Source of the DNA: a virus
Lineage: Duplodnaviria > Caudoviricetes
Reading direction: 5' to 3' (one strand)
Length of the DNA stretch: 56,393 nt
IMG/VR virus record: IMGVR_UViG_3300037755_000322
Location: 1-56,393 of that record
Shown: positions 55,018 through 56,393 of the stretch, in pieces
Numbering within the stretch: the first letter of the stretch is position 1
How the letters are laid out: each line of letters begins with the position of its first letter
Notes under the pieces: generated by a model
The model's input: the letters and a program-made list of their open reading frames with translations, nothing else
What the model was told of the DNA's origin: nothing
Databases searched by the model: none
Translations under genes and position numbers: made by a program

Positions 55018-56345
55018 CAGTAGTACGTGCCCAGTTTCCGGAAAAGGCCAAGGCGATCTTCACGCCGGCCCCATACAAGGTAATCTACGGCGGTCGTGGC
55101 AAGAGTGCGTCATGGTCGTTTGCCCGCGCGGCGCTGATTCTGGGGTCGCACCGGCCGCTGTTCGTGGTCTGCGGCCGTGAAGTGCAGAAGTCGATTAAGG
55201 ATTCGGTGCACAAGTTGCTGTGCGACCAAATCGAGCGGCTCGGGCTGCAGGACTTCTACGACCCGTTGGACGTCGAAATTCGCGGTAAGAATGGCACGGT
55301 GTTTTCGTTCATCGGATTGAACAATATCCAATCAATCAAGTCGATGGAAGCGATCGACGTCCTGTGGGTGACGGAAGCCACGCACGTGCCGAAGTCGAAA
55401 TGGATCGTCATCGAGCCGACGGTGCGGTGCGACCCGCCGGCCGGCCCGTTCAAGCAGGGGTCGGAAATCTGGATCGACCTCAACCCGGAACTCGTCAGCG
55501 ACGACACTTATCAGCGTTACATCGTCGACCCGCCGAGTGGCGCGCTCGTCATCGAAATGAACTATCGTGATAACCCGTTCTTCCCGGAAATTCTGCGGCG
55601 CCAGATGATGGACATGCGGGCCAAGGACTACGACGAATATTTGACCGTATGGGAAGGCAAGACTCGCAAGGCGGTCAGCGGTTCGATCTATCACAAAGAA
55701 CTGGCGGCGGCAATCGAGGAAGGCCGCATTGGGCCGCGCATCCGTCACGACAAGGGTCGCGGCGTCGTCCTAGTGTTCGATCTGGGTGATTCGGACATGA
55801 CGGCGGCCTGGGCATTTCAGCAGTCGGGCAGCGAACACAACGCCATCGATTACATGGAAGAAAGCGGGCGCGACATTTCCTACTTCATCAAGGAATTCCA
55901 GGACCGCGGCTACATCATCAAGGGCATCTGGCTGCCACACGACGCCCGTCAGAAGCACCAGGCGGCGCGCAGTCTGGTCAACAACACCATTGAGAAGCAG
56001 GCCAAGGCGCTGGTGCCGACGCCGGGCATAGTAAAAGTAGTGCCGAACACGTCGCACGCACTGCAGATCAACGCGGCGCGGGCATTGTTTCCGCGCATCA
56101 ACATCAACGAAGTTGCCTGCTCGCAGGGCGTGTTGTGCCTGCAGCACTTTCAGTATGGCATCGATCCGCACACCCGGCAGCGCACCAAGGAACCGCTTCA
56201 TAATTGGGCGTCGCACGGCGCCAAGGCATTCGGGTACTACGCCGTGCAGCTGTCAGAAGGCCGCAACAAGGAAAAGGCTGCCGCTGTCGAAGGCCCGAAG
56301 GGGCCATTGTTGGGCGAGCACAGCCAGTCATGGATGGGCATCTGA
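55014..56345 (+). CDS. Terminase large subunit, PBSX-like
   Basis: YKVIYGGRG, REVQKSIKDSV, IKS.E, NP, NYRDNPFFP, VWEG; nuclease FDLG..D, LPHDA, HNWASHGA; precedes the portal. Confidence 0.9.
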   Translation: MTVVRAQFPEKAKAIFTPAPYKVIYGGRGKSASWSFARAALILGSHRPLFVVCGREVQKSIKDSVHKLLCDQIERLGLQDFYDPLDVEIRGKNGTVFSFIGLNNIQSIKSMEAIDVLWVTEATHVPKSKWIVIEPTVRCDPPAGPFKQGSEIWIDLNPELVSDDTYQRYIVDPPSGALVIEMNYRDNPFFPEILRRQMMDMRAKDYDEYLTVWEGKTRKAVSGSIYHKELAAAIEEGRIGPRIRHDKGRGVVLVFDLGDSDMTAAWAFQQSGSEHNAIDYMEESGRDISYFIKEFQDRGYIIKGIWLPHDARQKHQAARSLVNNTIEKQAKALVPTPGIVKVVPNTSHALQINAARALFPRININEVACSQGVLCLQHFQYGIDPHTRQRTKEPLHNWASHGAKAFGYYAVQLSEGRNKEKAAAVEGPKGPLLGEHSQSWMGI

Positions 56346-56393
56346 TGGCAAAACGCACGCGCATTCGCCGCGACGAACGTCCGGAACTGTCCG

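Noticed and set aside
56267-56393. 127-bp terminal repeat as a biological direct terminal repeat
   Set aside because: The length equals a common assembler k-mer and the repeat cuts through coding sequence, so it is best explained as circular overlap.
1-56393. Integrase, CI-like repressor, tRNA or rRNA genes
   Set aside because: None was recognised by eye. tRNAscan-SE and HMM searches would be needed to exclude them formally.

Overview
The window is an apparently complete, circularly permuted dsDNA phage genome of about 56.27 kb. Bases 1-127 equal 56267-56393, most likely an assembly overlap. It is GC-rich and podovirus-like, with a P22-type portal, scaffold, coat, gp4/gp10 tail and ejection proteins. 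The host is probably an alphaproteobacterium (GcrA homolog, suhB/MmgR-like sRNA). No integrase or repressor was recognised. A rightward late arm (44047 through the end, then 1-17648) and a leftward early/replication arm (about 43100 down to 17650) diverge from an iteron-like repeat region at 43471-43763. The replication arm holds a 2-aminoadenine (Z-genome) type cluster: PurZ with a GTP-type motif, a DatZ-like HD hydrolase, MazG-fold proteins and a family A polymerase with atypical motifs B and C. It also has a primase-helicase and UvrD and SNF2 helicases. The most unusual observations are: (1) a block between TerS and TerL where the tail fibre and other Ser/Thr/Gly-rich appendage-like proteins carry export signals and paired cysteines, next to a Wzy_C (O-antigen ligase/O-oligosaccharyltransferase-like) gene; (2) a Tat-signal protein built on a diverged copy of the coat N-terminus; (3) four covarying H-type pseudoknot motifs upstream of the head genes; (4) a TerL with altered Walker A and B motifs. 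All assignments come from reading motifs by eye; no database searches were run.
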